A stretch of DNA of 64,000 nucleotides. Source: Dehalococcoidia bacterium (GTDB taxonomy: Bacteria > Chloroflexota > Dehalococcoidia > Lucifugimonadales > UBA3495). The DNA is taken from positions 3,680-67,679 of the forward strand of contig DAOUHF010000121.1 of the NCBI GenBank assembly GCA_034428795.1, given 5' to 3'. Of the stretch, positions 37,397-46,172 are shown in pieces; the stretch's first letter is position 1; each line of letters opens with the position of its first letter. A program made the position numbers and the translations under genes. The notes under the pieces are model-generated. The model was not told where the DNA came from, searched no databases, and saw only the letters and a list, made by a program, of their open reading frames with translations.

Positions 37397-39916
37397 ATGA
37401 ACGAAGCTACAGCGCGGCTAAAGATTAACAGGCTGCTGGAGAGGGCCGGTTGGCGCTTCTTCCCGGAAGCGGCTGGGCCCGCCAACATCCGCCTTGAGCA
37501 GGGCGTCGAGATCAAGCCCTCCGACCTCGACGGGCTGGGCGACGACTTCGAGAATGCCGGCAGGGGGTTCGTCGATTACCTCCTTCTGGACGTCCGGGGA
37601 TTTCCGCTCTTGGTGTTGGAGGCCAAGTCCGAGGGGAAGCAGCCTCTGGCCGGGAAGGAGCAGGCACGCCGCTACGCCCGTTCTCAAAACTGCCGCTTCG
37701 TTATTCTCTCCAACGGGGTCCTGCACTACTTCTGGGACCTGGAGCGGGGCAATCCCTACATCGTCACTTCGTTTCCGACGCCGGAGTCGGTTACCGGCTA
37801 TAGCAAGGTCACGCCGGACCCCAAGCGCCTGGTTGAAGAACAGATCCAGGACGATTACATCGTTCAGACCCAGCGGCCCGGCTATGCCTCTGAAGCGGCA
37901 TGGAAGAACGAGGTTGAGCGGCACGGTTTCATCCAAGCCAACAACCTGCGCTTTCTGCGGACATACCAACTCCAGGCAGTTCACGCGTTGCAGCAAGCGG
38001 TGAAAGACCGCAACGACCGCTTTCTGTTCGAAATGGCCACAGGCACCGGTAAGACCCTCACCGCCGCAGCCGTCATCAAGCTGTTCCTCCGCTCCGGTAA
38101 TGCCTCGCGTGTGTTGTTCCTCGTGGACCGTCTTGAGCTTGAAGAGCAAGCCCGGAAGGTGTTTGCGGCCATTCTTTCGGCAGACTACACAACGGTAATT
38201 TACAAAGAAAAGCGCGACGATTGGCGTTCGGCGGAAATAGTGGTCACTACCGTCCAGTCGCTGCTGTTCAACAACAAATACCAGTCCCTTTTCTCTCCCA
38301 CCGACTTTGATCTCGTAATCTCCGATGAGGCCCACCGGTCCATCAACGGCAATGCCCGCTCCGTGTTTGAATATTTTGTCGGTTACAAGCTGGGTCTTAC
38401 CGCTACCCCCCGAGACTACCTGCGAGCATTCAGCAATACCGGCCGCAACGTCCGCGATCCTCGTGAGGCCGAGCGGAGGCTGTTGCTTGACACCTATCGC
38501 ACTTTTGGGTGTGAGAGCGGGCAGCCCACGTTCAGATACACGCTGGTTGACGGTGTGAAGGACGGCTATCTGATCAATCCTACTGTGGTAGACGCCCGGA
38601 CCGAAGTGACCACCCAACTGCTGGCAGAGGAGGGCTTTGTCGTTTCCTTCACTGACGACACCGGGGATGAGCACGAAGAAACTTTCAAGCAGCGGGAATT
38701 CGAGAAGCGGTTCTTTTCCGATGCAACTAACCAGGTCTTTTGCAAAACCTTCCTGGAGAATGCGCTGCGCGATCCCGTCAGCTCCGAAATCGGCAAATCG
38801 ATAATCTTCGCCGTGAGCCAAAACCACGCGGCGCGGCTGACGCAGACCCTCAATGAAATGGCCGACGTCATGTTTCCAGGCAAGTACCGGTCGGACTTCG
38901 CCGTGCAAGTCACCTCTCAGGTGCCGGCTGCCCAGCAGTTCACTATCAATTTCGCCAACAACACCCTGATGGGTTCAGGCAACATCCTCCCCTCTTATCG
39001 GACCAGCAAGGCAAGGGTCTGTGTTACCGTCGGTATGATGACCACCGGCTACGACTGCACCGACATCCTGAACCTTGGCCTTCTCCGGCCCATCTTCTCA
39101 CCGACGGACTTCGTTCAGATGAAGGGCAGGGGCACCCGAAGGCACAACTTCCTCGATCAGCTTACCGACCCCGTCATCGCGGCGGGTGTGGCCCAGCCGA
39201 ACAAGAAGGCGTTCAAACTCTTCGGCTTTTTCGGGAACTGCGAATACTTCGAGACAGAGTTCAACTACGACGAGATTCTAGAACTGCCCAGATCCCAACC
39301 GGTTGAGAACCCCGGAGACGGTCCGTCGTCGGCTTCCAGCTACGAACACCTTGGCGCGGACATACTTTCGAGCATCAAGGAAGAGACTATCGGCAACCAG
39401 GGGATGAGGATCGACCGGATGTTGTTTGACCGGTTCGCGGACACCGTGCGCGGAGACGACGCCATCAAAGAGGCCGTCGAGGTCGGGAACTGGGACCGTG
39501 TCCTCGACTATGTACACCGAGAGGTCTTTGACAAGCCGGAAGAATTTTACAATTTGGAAAAGTTGAGGAGGGCCGCCGAAGTGGACCGCCGCCTCAGCTT
39601 GCGGGAAATAATGGAACGGGTCTTCGGCCTGATCCCGCGTTTCAAGTCTAAAGACGAACTGCTTGAAGAGGAATTCTCCAAATTCGTCGCCGGCCACCAA
39701 CCGGAACGGCCCAACTCGGTCCCGGCGATCAAGACCTACTTCAAAGCCTACGCCACCAACGGTTACCTGCGCGGCATCATCGACCAGCGCCGGTTCGCAG
39801 CGCTGGCCACGAACCCAGTGTTCAGCCGCGCCGATTTTAGCGCGGTGCCGGACAGATACCGCCGGTTGGTCCCCGAGTACATCAAGGACTATGTGTCCTT
39901 GAACCAGTTTGTCTGA
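37397..39916 (+). CDS. hsdR: Type I-like restriction endonuclease/helicase R subunit
   Basis: FVDYLL..VLEAK nuclease motif, MATGTGKT, DEAH, GLTATP, TGYD, QMKGRGTR. Confidence 0.9.
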   Translation: MNEATARLKINRLLERAGWRFFPEAAGPANIRLEQGVEIKPSDLDGLGDDFENAGRGFVDYLLLDVRGFPLLVLEAKSEGKQPLAGKEQARRYARSQNCRFVILSNGVLHYFWDLERGNPYIVTSFPTPESVTGYSKVTPDPKRLVEEQIQDDYIVQTQRPGYASEAAWKNEVERHGFIQANNLRFLRTYQLQAVHALQQAVKDRNDRFLFEMATGTGKTLTAAAVIKLFLRSGNASRVLFLVDRLELEEQARKVFAAILSADYTTVIYKEKRDDWRSAEIVVTTVQSLLFNNKYQSLFSPTDFDLVISDEAHRSINGNARSVFEYFVGYKLGLTATPRDYLRAFSNTGRNVRDPREAERRLLLDTYRTFGCESGQPTFRYTLVDGVKDGYLINPTVVDARTEVTTQLLAEEGFVVSFTDDTGDEHEETFKQREFEKRFFSDATNQVFCKTFLENALRDPVSSEIGKSIIFAVSQNHAARLTQTLNEMADVMFPGKYRSDFAVQVTSQVPAAQQFTINFANNTLMGSGNILPSYRTSKARVCVTVGMMTTGYDCTDILNLGLLRPIFSPTDFVQMKGRGTRRHNFLDQLTDPVIAAGVAQPNKKAFKLFGFFGNCEYFETEFNYDEILELPRSQPVENPGDGPSSASSYEHLGADILSSIKEETIGNQGMRIDRMLFDRFADTVRGDDAIKEAVEVGNWDRVLDYVHREVFDKPEEFYNLEKLRRAAEVDRRLSLREIMERVFGLIPRFKSKDELLEEEFSKFVAGHQPERPNSVPAIKTYFKAYATNGYLRGIIDQRRFAALATNPVFSRADFSAVPDRYRRLVPEYIKDYVSLNQFV

Positions 39917-40228
39917 ACTGTGATTCGTTTGATTAAGGGATTGGTGTGATTAAACGGGAGCATCGGCACTCGGAATTGACCGCAAAGGTGATCGGCTGTG
40001 CTATGACGGTCCATTCCGCTCTGGGGAATGGGTGAACAAGTCCCTTCCCCCTCGACGGGGGAAGGTTAGGATGGGGGTGCCGACGTTCATTGCATAGCTG
40101 ACCTCCCTAATCTACCCGCTGATTAACTTTGGGAGCCGGAGCCTTGAGTTTAAAAGAGTTACTAGCAGGAAGTTCCGGCAAAAGAATCAGGGTAATCCAA
40201 GAAATCAAACGAATCACAGTTCAGACAA
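39909..40228. mobile_element. Decayed GxxExxY cassette bounded by a perfect 26-bp inverted repeat, centre replaced at a REP copy
   Basis: TTGTCTGAACTGTGATTCGTTTGATT (39909-39934) and its reverse complement (40203-40228). Remnants MIKREHRHSELTAKVIGCAMTVHSALGNG (from 39946) and LINFGSRSLEFKRV. Confidence 0.8.
40033..40077 (-). repeat. REP-like hairpin element, copy 3 (inverted)
   Basis: Reverse complement CCCCCATCCTAACCTTCCCCCGTCGAGGGGGAAGGGACTTGTTCA. Confidence 0.88.
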
Positions 40229-40243
40229 TCAAGAGAAGCACGA

Positions 40244-42220
40244 ATGTTAGACGCCGACACCAAACGCCGCATCGACACCGCCCGCGACATCCTTGTGGGC
40301 AAGGTGCCGGACCCCAAGAGCCAGGTCGAGCAGATTACCATCGCGCTCATCTACAAGTTCATGGACGACATCGACGCCGAGAGCGAGGAGTGGGGCGGCG
40401 AACGCGAGTTCTTCGCTGGCGACTTCGCCAGGTACGGATGGGCCAAGCTGATGCACCCCAGCCTGGGCGGGCACGAAACCCTCACGCTCTACGCCGAGGC
40501 GCTGAACCGGATTCCGGAAAACCCCGGCGTGCCGCCCCTGTTTCGGGACATCTTCAGCAACGCTTACCTGCCCTACCGCGACCCGGAGACTCTGCGGGAG
40601 TTCCTCAAGGTCATCAACGACTTTTCCTATGCCGACTCGGAGCGGTTGGGCGACGCCTTCGAGTACCTGCTCTCAGTTCTCGGCGCCCAAGGCGACGCCG
40701 GGCAGTTCCGCACCCCGCGGCACATCATTGACTTCATCGTATCTGTCGTAGACCCCAAGAAACACGAAACGGTCCTCGACCCGGCCTGCGGCACCGCTGG
40801 TTTCCTTGTATCGTCCTACAAGCACATCCTGGCGGCCAACACCGGCGACGGCGGCCAGAGCACCCTGACGCCCGACGAGCGCGGCCGGCTGGCCGAAAAC
40901 TTCAGCGGCTACGACATCTCGCCCGACATGGTCCGCCTGTCGCTGGTCAACCTTTACCTGCACGGCTTCGCCGACCCGCGCATCCACGAGTACGACACTC
41001 TCACCAGTGACGACCGTTGGAACGAGTACGCGGACGTTATTCTGGCCAACCCGCCCTTTATGTCGCCGAAAGGCGGCATCCGGCCCCACAACCGCTTCTC
41101 GGTCCAGTCAAAGCGCAGCGAAGTCTTGTTCGTAGACTATATGGCCGAGCATCTAACCGCCACTGGCCGGGCCGGAATCATTGTCCCGGAAGGAATCATC
41201 TTCCAGAGTCAAACCGCCTACCAACAATTGCGAAAAATGCTGGTGGAGGAATGCCTGGTGGCCGTGGTCTCCTTGCCTGCGGGGGTGTTCAACCCCTACT
41301 CCGGAGTCAAGACATCGGTGCTCATCCTCGACCGGGCACTGGCCAAGCGAACGGACCGCATCGCCTTTTTCAAAGTAGAAAACGACGGCTTCGACTTGGG
41401 TGCCCAGCGTCGGCCGGTCGATAAGAACGACTTGCTCCGGGTGCGGGTCGAACTTGCCGAATGCTTTCGCCTTTTGAGGGGTGAAGCCGCGGGCGATTTC
41501 CGGCCCACGTTGGGCCTCGTGGTCAAGAAAGAAAAGATTGCCGAGGGCGGATATTACAACCTGAGCGGGGAACGGTATCGGGAGAATGTGGCTACGAGTA
41601 CGACATGGCCAATGACAACTATTGGGGTAGTGTGTCAGATAAATCCACAAAACGTGGACCCACAGGAATTATATCCCGATTCGTACTTTAACTACATCGA
41701 CATATCCTGTGTAGAAAACGAGTCCGGCAGGTTCCGAGGCACCAATAAAGTAGAAACTGTAGATGCGCCGAGCAGGGCAAGACGACTTGTGACACGTGGG
41801 GATGTCTTGATTTCTACGGTGCGCCCAAACTTGCGTGCATTCACTGTCTTGACAAATCTGCCCGATCGGGCAATTGCGTCCACTGGCTTCGCGGTTTTGC
41901 GGCCGAATACCCAGCAACTGCTACCAGAGTTCCTCATATGCTTGATCCGAGACGGCAATTCAGTTGACCAAATGGTCAACCTGATGGGTCGGGGATCTTA
42001 TCCTAGTATCAACCAGAAGGATGTCGCGTCAATCCAAATACCCCTGCCCCCGCTGGAAGTGCAGCATGAAATTGTGGCAGAGATTGAGGAGTGTCAAAGG
42101 GCCATTGACAACCATCAACAGCAGATTAGAGGATTGGAGGATAGTATCCAGGCCGCTATAAGCCGCGTGTGGGGGGAGGATAGCGAGACAGAATGGGATC
42201 AATCAAAGCGATGGCCATGA
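40244..42220 (+). CDS. N6-adenine methyltransferase fused to a single HsdS-type target recognition domain (M-S fusion)
   Basis: GQFRTPRH, VLDPACGTAGFL, ILANPPF; C-terminal GDVLISTVRPNL..STGFAVLR..IPLPPLEVQHEIV; GC drops in the TRD. Confidence 0.9.
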   Translation: MLDADTKRRIDTARDILVGKVPDPKSQVEQITIALIYKFMDDIDAESEEWGGEREFFAGDFARYGWAKLMHPSLGGHETLTLYAEALNRIPENPGVPPLFRDIFSNAYLPYRDPETLREFLKVINDFSYADSERLGDAFEYLLSVLGAQGDAGQFRTPRHIIDFIVSVVDPKKHETVLDPACGTAGFLVSSYKHILAANTGDGGQSTLTPDERGRLAENFSGYDISPDMVRLSLVNLYLHGFADPRIHEYDTLTSDDRWNEYADVILANPPFMSPKGGIRPHNRFSVQSKRSEVLFVDYMAEHLTATGRAGIIVPEGIIFQSQTAYQQLRKMLVEECLVAVVSLPAGVFNPYSGVKTSVLILDRALAKRTDRIAFFKVENDGFDLGAQRRPVDKNDLLRVRVELAECFRLLRGEAAGDFRPTLGLVVKKEKIAEGGYYNLSGERYRENVATSTTWPMTTIGVVCQINPQNVDPQELYPDSYFNYIDISCVENESGRFRGTNKVETVDAPSRARRLVTRGDVLISTVRPNLRAFTVLTNLPDRAIASTGFAVLRPNTQQLLPEFLICLIRDGNSVDQMVNLMGRGSYPSINQKDVASIQIPLPPLEVQHEIVAEIEECQRAIDNHQQQIRGLEDSIQAAISRVWGEDSETEWDQSKRWP

Positions 42221-42612
42221 TTAGCTTGAGCACGGCCGCATTGGCATTGGCCCTATCGGTGTCATGCCAGCAGGAGCCGCCCCCTCGACCGATCCCAACC
42301 AGCGTACCGGTCGAATGGGTGTACGATCATTATCAGAGCGAAAAAGAGGCAAATCCCACTCGGCTTGAACAACGGGTTGATAACGGAGAGGCGGTTGCGT
42401 TCAGAGGGGTCATTACCAAGATCGAGGATTCAAAAATACAATTCCTTAACGAAGACCGGTTTTTGGAACATGACAAATATGTCGAATGTAAATTTTCGAG
42501 CAAACAAAACATGTTACGTCTAAGTAAAGGGGACACCGTTATGGTGTACGGCAAACTTGACGGCGTGAATAGCGCCGTCAAATTCAAAGGCTGTGTCCTT
42601 CTTTCGTCGTGA
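42193..42612 (+). CDS. OB-fold (tRNA_anti-like) lipoprotein
   Basis: Lipobox LSVSC; VAFRGVITKI, LSKGDTVMVYGKLDG..FKGC. Confidence 0.65.
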   Translation: MGSIKAMAMISLSTAALALALSVSCQQEPPPRPIPTSVPVEWVYDHYQSEKEANPTRLEQRVDNGEAVAFRGVITKIEDSKIQFLNEDRFLEHDKYVECKFSSKQNMLRLSKGDTVMVYGKLDGVNSAVKFKGCVLLSS

Positions 42613-42627
42613 AGCTCGCCGGTGCGT

Positions 42628-42656
42628 TTGACAGTGGTAGCCGCCGATGGTACGGT
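42628..42656 (+). promoter_or_regulatory. Putative sigma70 promoter of the heme A/O synthase-cox cluster
   Basis: TTGACA-17 bp-TACGGT. Confidence 0.45.
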
Positions 42657-42834
42657 GCGATTCGAGTCGCGACCGAGTAGAAGGGGCCAACACAGCGGGT
42701 CCCTCGTTTCCTAGCCTACAACCATCGGCAATCCGCTCTGGAGTACCGCAGGCAGCCCTGCCTAAAATGCGTCACCGTCCCACGCCTTTTCCGACGTCCT
42801 CGCGGCGATCAACCTCCGTGTCTCCCGTGCCGCC

Positions 42835-43863
42835 GTGGCGGTAGCGCGCGCGGGCCGGGCGGCGCCGGGGAGCCGCCGGGCCGGCTCGTGGTTCCGCGGC
42901 CTCACCCTCGTTACGTTCATCTCGGTTTTCGCATTGGTCGTGCTGGGGGGCGTGGTCCGGGTGACCGGGTCCGGGCTGGGCTGCCCCGATTGGCCCCTCT
43001 GCCACGGCGGCTTGCTGCCGCCCCTTGAGACCAAGGCCATAATCGAATTCAGCCACCGTTTTGTGGCCTCGATTCTGGTGGGGCCGCTGATCATCGTGAC
43101 CTGCCTTTCGGCCTGGGTGTTCCAACGGAACGAAAGGTGGCTGATTGTACCGGCAACCGCCGCCTTGGTATTACTGGTGCTCCAGGCGCTGCTCGGCGGC
43201 TATACGGTGCTGAACGAGTTGCCGGGTATCATCGTTTTGGTCCATCTGGCCGTGGGACAGGGGCTGTTGGGTTGTCTAACCCTAATGACGGTGGTAGCCT
43301 ACCGGGGGCCCTTACGGGGCGGGCCGCGGCCGTGGACCGGGGGAAAACTCCGCAGGTTCCCCTCACTGTCCATCGTCGCGGCAGCGGTGGTGTTCGGCCT
43401 GTTGCTGTCGGGTTCGTGGGTGACTATTTCCGGGTCCACCGGCGCCTGTTTGGACTGGCCCCTGTGTAACGGCGACGCCTTCCCCTCACAACGGCTCCAG
43501 ATGATTCACATGGTCCACCGGTACGTGGCGCTGGTAATAGGTCTGTTGGTCTTGTACACGTTACACCTGGGGTTCAGGGGGAGCGTCCAACCCACACCCG
43601 TCAGGGCGCTGTCGCTCGCCGGGGCCGCATTGTTTGTCGGCCAGGTGCTGGTGGGAGCCGGCGCGGTGTGGACCGACTTTTCACAAGAATTTCGCGCCCT
43701 TCACCTGGCGTTGGCCACCGGTGTCTGGGCCGCAGTAGCCGCGCTGGCCTTCGTGGTCTACACTGAAAGCGCTAAAACCGGAAACGCCGAAACCGGAAGC
43801 GCTGAAGCCGGGGGGAGCCCCGCACGCGGGCACACCTCATCCACCAGGACCGCTAATGGCTGA
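42835..43863 (+). CDS. ctaA: Heme A synthase (COX15/CtaA)
   Basis: GGVVRVTGSGLGCPDWPLCHG, IEFSHR, VHL, HMVHR; start uncertain. Confidence 0.9.
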   Translation: MAVARAGRAAPGSRRAGSWFRGLTLVTFISVFALVVLGGVVRVTGSGLGCPDWPLCHGGLLPPLETKAIIEFSHRFVASILVGPLIIVTCLSAWVFQRNERWLIVPATAALVLLVLQALLGGYTVLNELPGIIVLVHLAVGQGLLGCLTLMTVVAYRGPLRGGPRPWTGGKLRRFPSLSIVAAAVVFGLLLSGSWVTISGSTGACLDWPLCNGDAFPSQRLQMIHMVHRYVALVIGLLVLYTLHLGFRGSVQPTPVRALSLAGAALFVGQVLVGAGAVWTDFSQEFRALHLALATGVWAAVAALAFVVYTESAKTGNAETGSAEAGGSPARGHTSSTRTANG

Positions 43864-44788
43864 TCAGATCGGGGCCGATCGAATAGACCTGAGCAAACCC
43901 GCCGCCGGCCGGGCCGCGGCAATAGGCCGGGTGGCGGCCGATTACCTCACCCTCACCAAACCGCCCATCATCTCCCTGCTCTTGGTCACCGCCGTCGGCG
44001 GGATGTTTCTGGCCGCCCAAGGAGTTCCCCCCATTATCACCCTGCTGCTGGTCTGTGCCGGAGGGGCTCTGGGGGCCGGCGGGGCCAACGCCATCAACCA
44101 CTACCTGGACCAGGACATCGACGCCCTGATGAGCCGCACCGCGCAGCGGCCGGTGCCCGCCAACCGGATAGCGCCGGCACGGGCGCTGGCCTTTGGCATA
44201 GGGCTGAATGTGGCGGCTTTCCTGGTGTTGGCCGGCGGGGTCAACATGCTGGCGGCGGTCCTCACCCTGGGAGCCACCCTGTTCTACGTGCTGGTCTATA
44301 CCCTGTGGCTGAAGCGCACCACCCCGCAGAACATCGTCATCGGGGGTGCGGCCGGCTCAATACCTCCGGTGGTTGGCTGGGTGGCAATCACGGGGTCCTT
44401 CGACGTGTCAGCCCTGTACCTGTTCACCATCATTTTCTTCTGGACCCCGCCCCACTTCTGGGCCCTGTCTCTGCTGATACAAAAGGACTACGAGCGGGCC
44501 GGCGTGCCCATGCTCCCAGTGGTGGCAGGCAAGGAACGCACGGTACAGAGCATCTTCGGCTACACCCTCGTGCTGGTGGCCCTCACTCTGGTGTTCACGG
44601 CGTCCTCCACCCTGGGGCCGGTCTACCTCGGAATGGCAGCGGTACTGGGGGCCGTCTTGGTGTGGATGGCCTGGCAGTTACGGCGAGAGCAGACAGCCCG
44701 GCGGGCGCGTCACCTGTACCTGTATTCGCTGCTCTACCTGGCGGTGCTGTTCGTAGCGATAATGGTCGACAGCGTACTGGCATTCTGA
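43856..44788 (+). CDS. ctaB: Protoheme IX farnesyltransferase (heme O synthase)
   Basis: LTKP, NHYLDQDIDALMSRTAQRP, LKRTTPQNIVIGGAAG, FFWTPPHFWAL. Confidence 0.95.
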   Translation: MADQIGADRIDLSKPAAGRAAAIGRVAADYLTLTKPPIISLLLVTAVGGMFLAAQGVPPIITLLLVCAGGALGAGGANAINHYLDQDIDALMSRTAQRPVPANRIAPARALAFGIGLNVAAFLVLAGGVNMLAAVLTLGATLFYVLVYTLWLKRTTPQNIVIGGAAGSIPPVVGWVAITGSFDVSALYLFTIIFFWTPPHFWALSLLIQKDYERAGVPMLPVVAGKERTVQSIFGYTLVLVALTLVFTASSTLGPVYLGMAAVLGAVLVWMAWQLRREQTARRARHLYLYSLLYLAVLFVAIMVDSVLAF

Positions 44789-44921
44789 GATACCGAATCG
44801 CCGGGAATATTGCCCGCCCGCCCCTCTTCAAATACGTTGACAGTGCCGACGGCGCTGTGATAACGTCCCACCGCAAACAAGCACACCGCGCAGGCGGCTG
44901 TCGCTTTAGGGGAGTCCGAAT

Positions 44922-46112
44922 ATGGGGTTGATGCCCTCGCGACGGGCAGGTCCCCCCCACCACGAAACCGGTAACCCTGAACGGTCCGTCCAGCACCGAA
45001 ACTGGTCACGAACAGTGGTCTTTTTCGGTACCTTGGCGGCCCTTTTATTGCTTGCCGTGGCCTGCAGCCAGGGAAAGCAGTCCACTTGGGAGGCCGTGGG
45101 GCCGGTCGCCGAAAAACAGCTCCTGCTGTTTAAGGTGCTGCTCTGGACCATGGTAGCGGTCTTCGTGCTGGTGGAGGGAGCCCTCCTTTACACTCTGATA
45201 CGCTACCGGCGCCGTCCCGGGCAGGAACGGCCGCCCCAGATCCACGGTCACACCGCGCTGGAAGTCATTTGGACCATCATCCCCACGATAGTGGTCCTGG
45301 GGCTGGGAATCTGGTCGGTGTTCACCCTCTTCGAGTTGGACGAACCCCCAAAGAACGGCCCCGAGGTGCTCGACGTCGTCGTCACGGGCCACCAGTGGTA
45401 TTTCGAGTTCGAATATCCGGACGCCGGCGGCGGGAAGAGGATAACCACCGCCAACGAGCTCCGCATCCCCGTTGACCGGCCCGTCCGCCTGGACCTGGAA
45501 AGCGACGACGTGCTCCACAGCTTCTGGGTGCCCAAGCTGGCCGGCAAAGTGGACCTCGTGCCCACCCGCACAAATCACCTTTGGTTCCAAGCCGATAGGG
45601 ACAAGATCGACGAAGCACTGCCAGCCACGTTCTACGGCCAGTGCGCCGAGCTATGCGGCATCTCCCACGCCCTGATGCGGTTCCGGGTGATAGTCATGGA
45701 CCAAGACGATTTCGACTCCTGGGTGGCCGACTACGGGCCCCCGGCGGCCGTCACCCCGCGGGCCCAGCAGGGGCAACAGGTCTTCAACATCAACTGCGCC
45801 CTTTGCCATACCGTCAATGGCGCGGAAAACGAGGCGGTGGCCGAAACCAGGCTTACGCAGTTCCTGAGCGGGGGGGATATCGTCGCGGTGCCCGGTCCGA
45901 ACCTGACCGACCTCCGGCACCGGAAGACCCTGGGCGCCGGAATAACGGACCTTTCGGTGGAGAACCTCCGGGCCTGGATCACGAACCCGGAGAAGTTGAA
46001 GCCCGGCAACTGGATGTACGACAAAGCAATCATGTACCAGGACGGCGGCGATGCCAATCTCAGCGATGATGACATCGATGCTGTGATTGAGTATCTGATG
46101 AACCTGCGCTAG
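44922..46112 (+). CDS. coxB: Cytochrome c oxidase subunit II with fused C-terminal cytochrome c (caa3 type)
   Basis: DVLHSFWVP, CAELCGISHALM CuA motif, CALCH heme motif; lipobox LAVAC. Confidence 0.93.
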   Translation: MGLMPSRRAGPPHHETGNPERSVQHRNWSRTVVFFGTLAALLLLAVACSQGKQSTWEAVGPVAEKQLLLFKVLLWTMVAVFVLVEGALLYTLIRYRRRPGQERPPQIHGHTALEVIWTIIPTIVVLGLGIWSVFTLFELDEPPKNGPEVLDVVVTGHQWYFEFEYPDAGGGKRITTANELRIPVDRPVRLDLESDDVLHSFWVPKLAGKVDLVPTRTNHLWFQADRDKIDEALPATFYGQCAELCGISHALMRFRVIVMDQDDFDSWVADYGPPAAVTPRAQQGQQVFNINCALCHTVNGAENEAVAETRLTQFLSGGDIVAVPGPNLTDLRHRKTLGAGITDLSVENLRAWITNPEKLKPGNWMYDKAIMYQDGGDANLSDDDIDAVIEYLMNLR

Positions 46113-46172
46113 ACTAGTCTCGGAAAGGAAAGGTCCCCCCGCGGAAGCGGGACGGACCGGCTTAGAAGAGCA

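Noticed and set aside
42657-42766. Known riboswitch in the ctaA leader
   Set aside because: Local hairpins exist but I recognise no riboswitch consensus.
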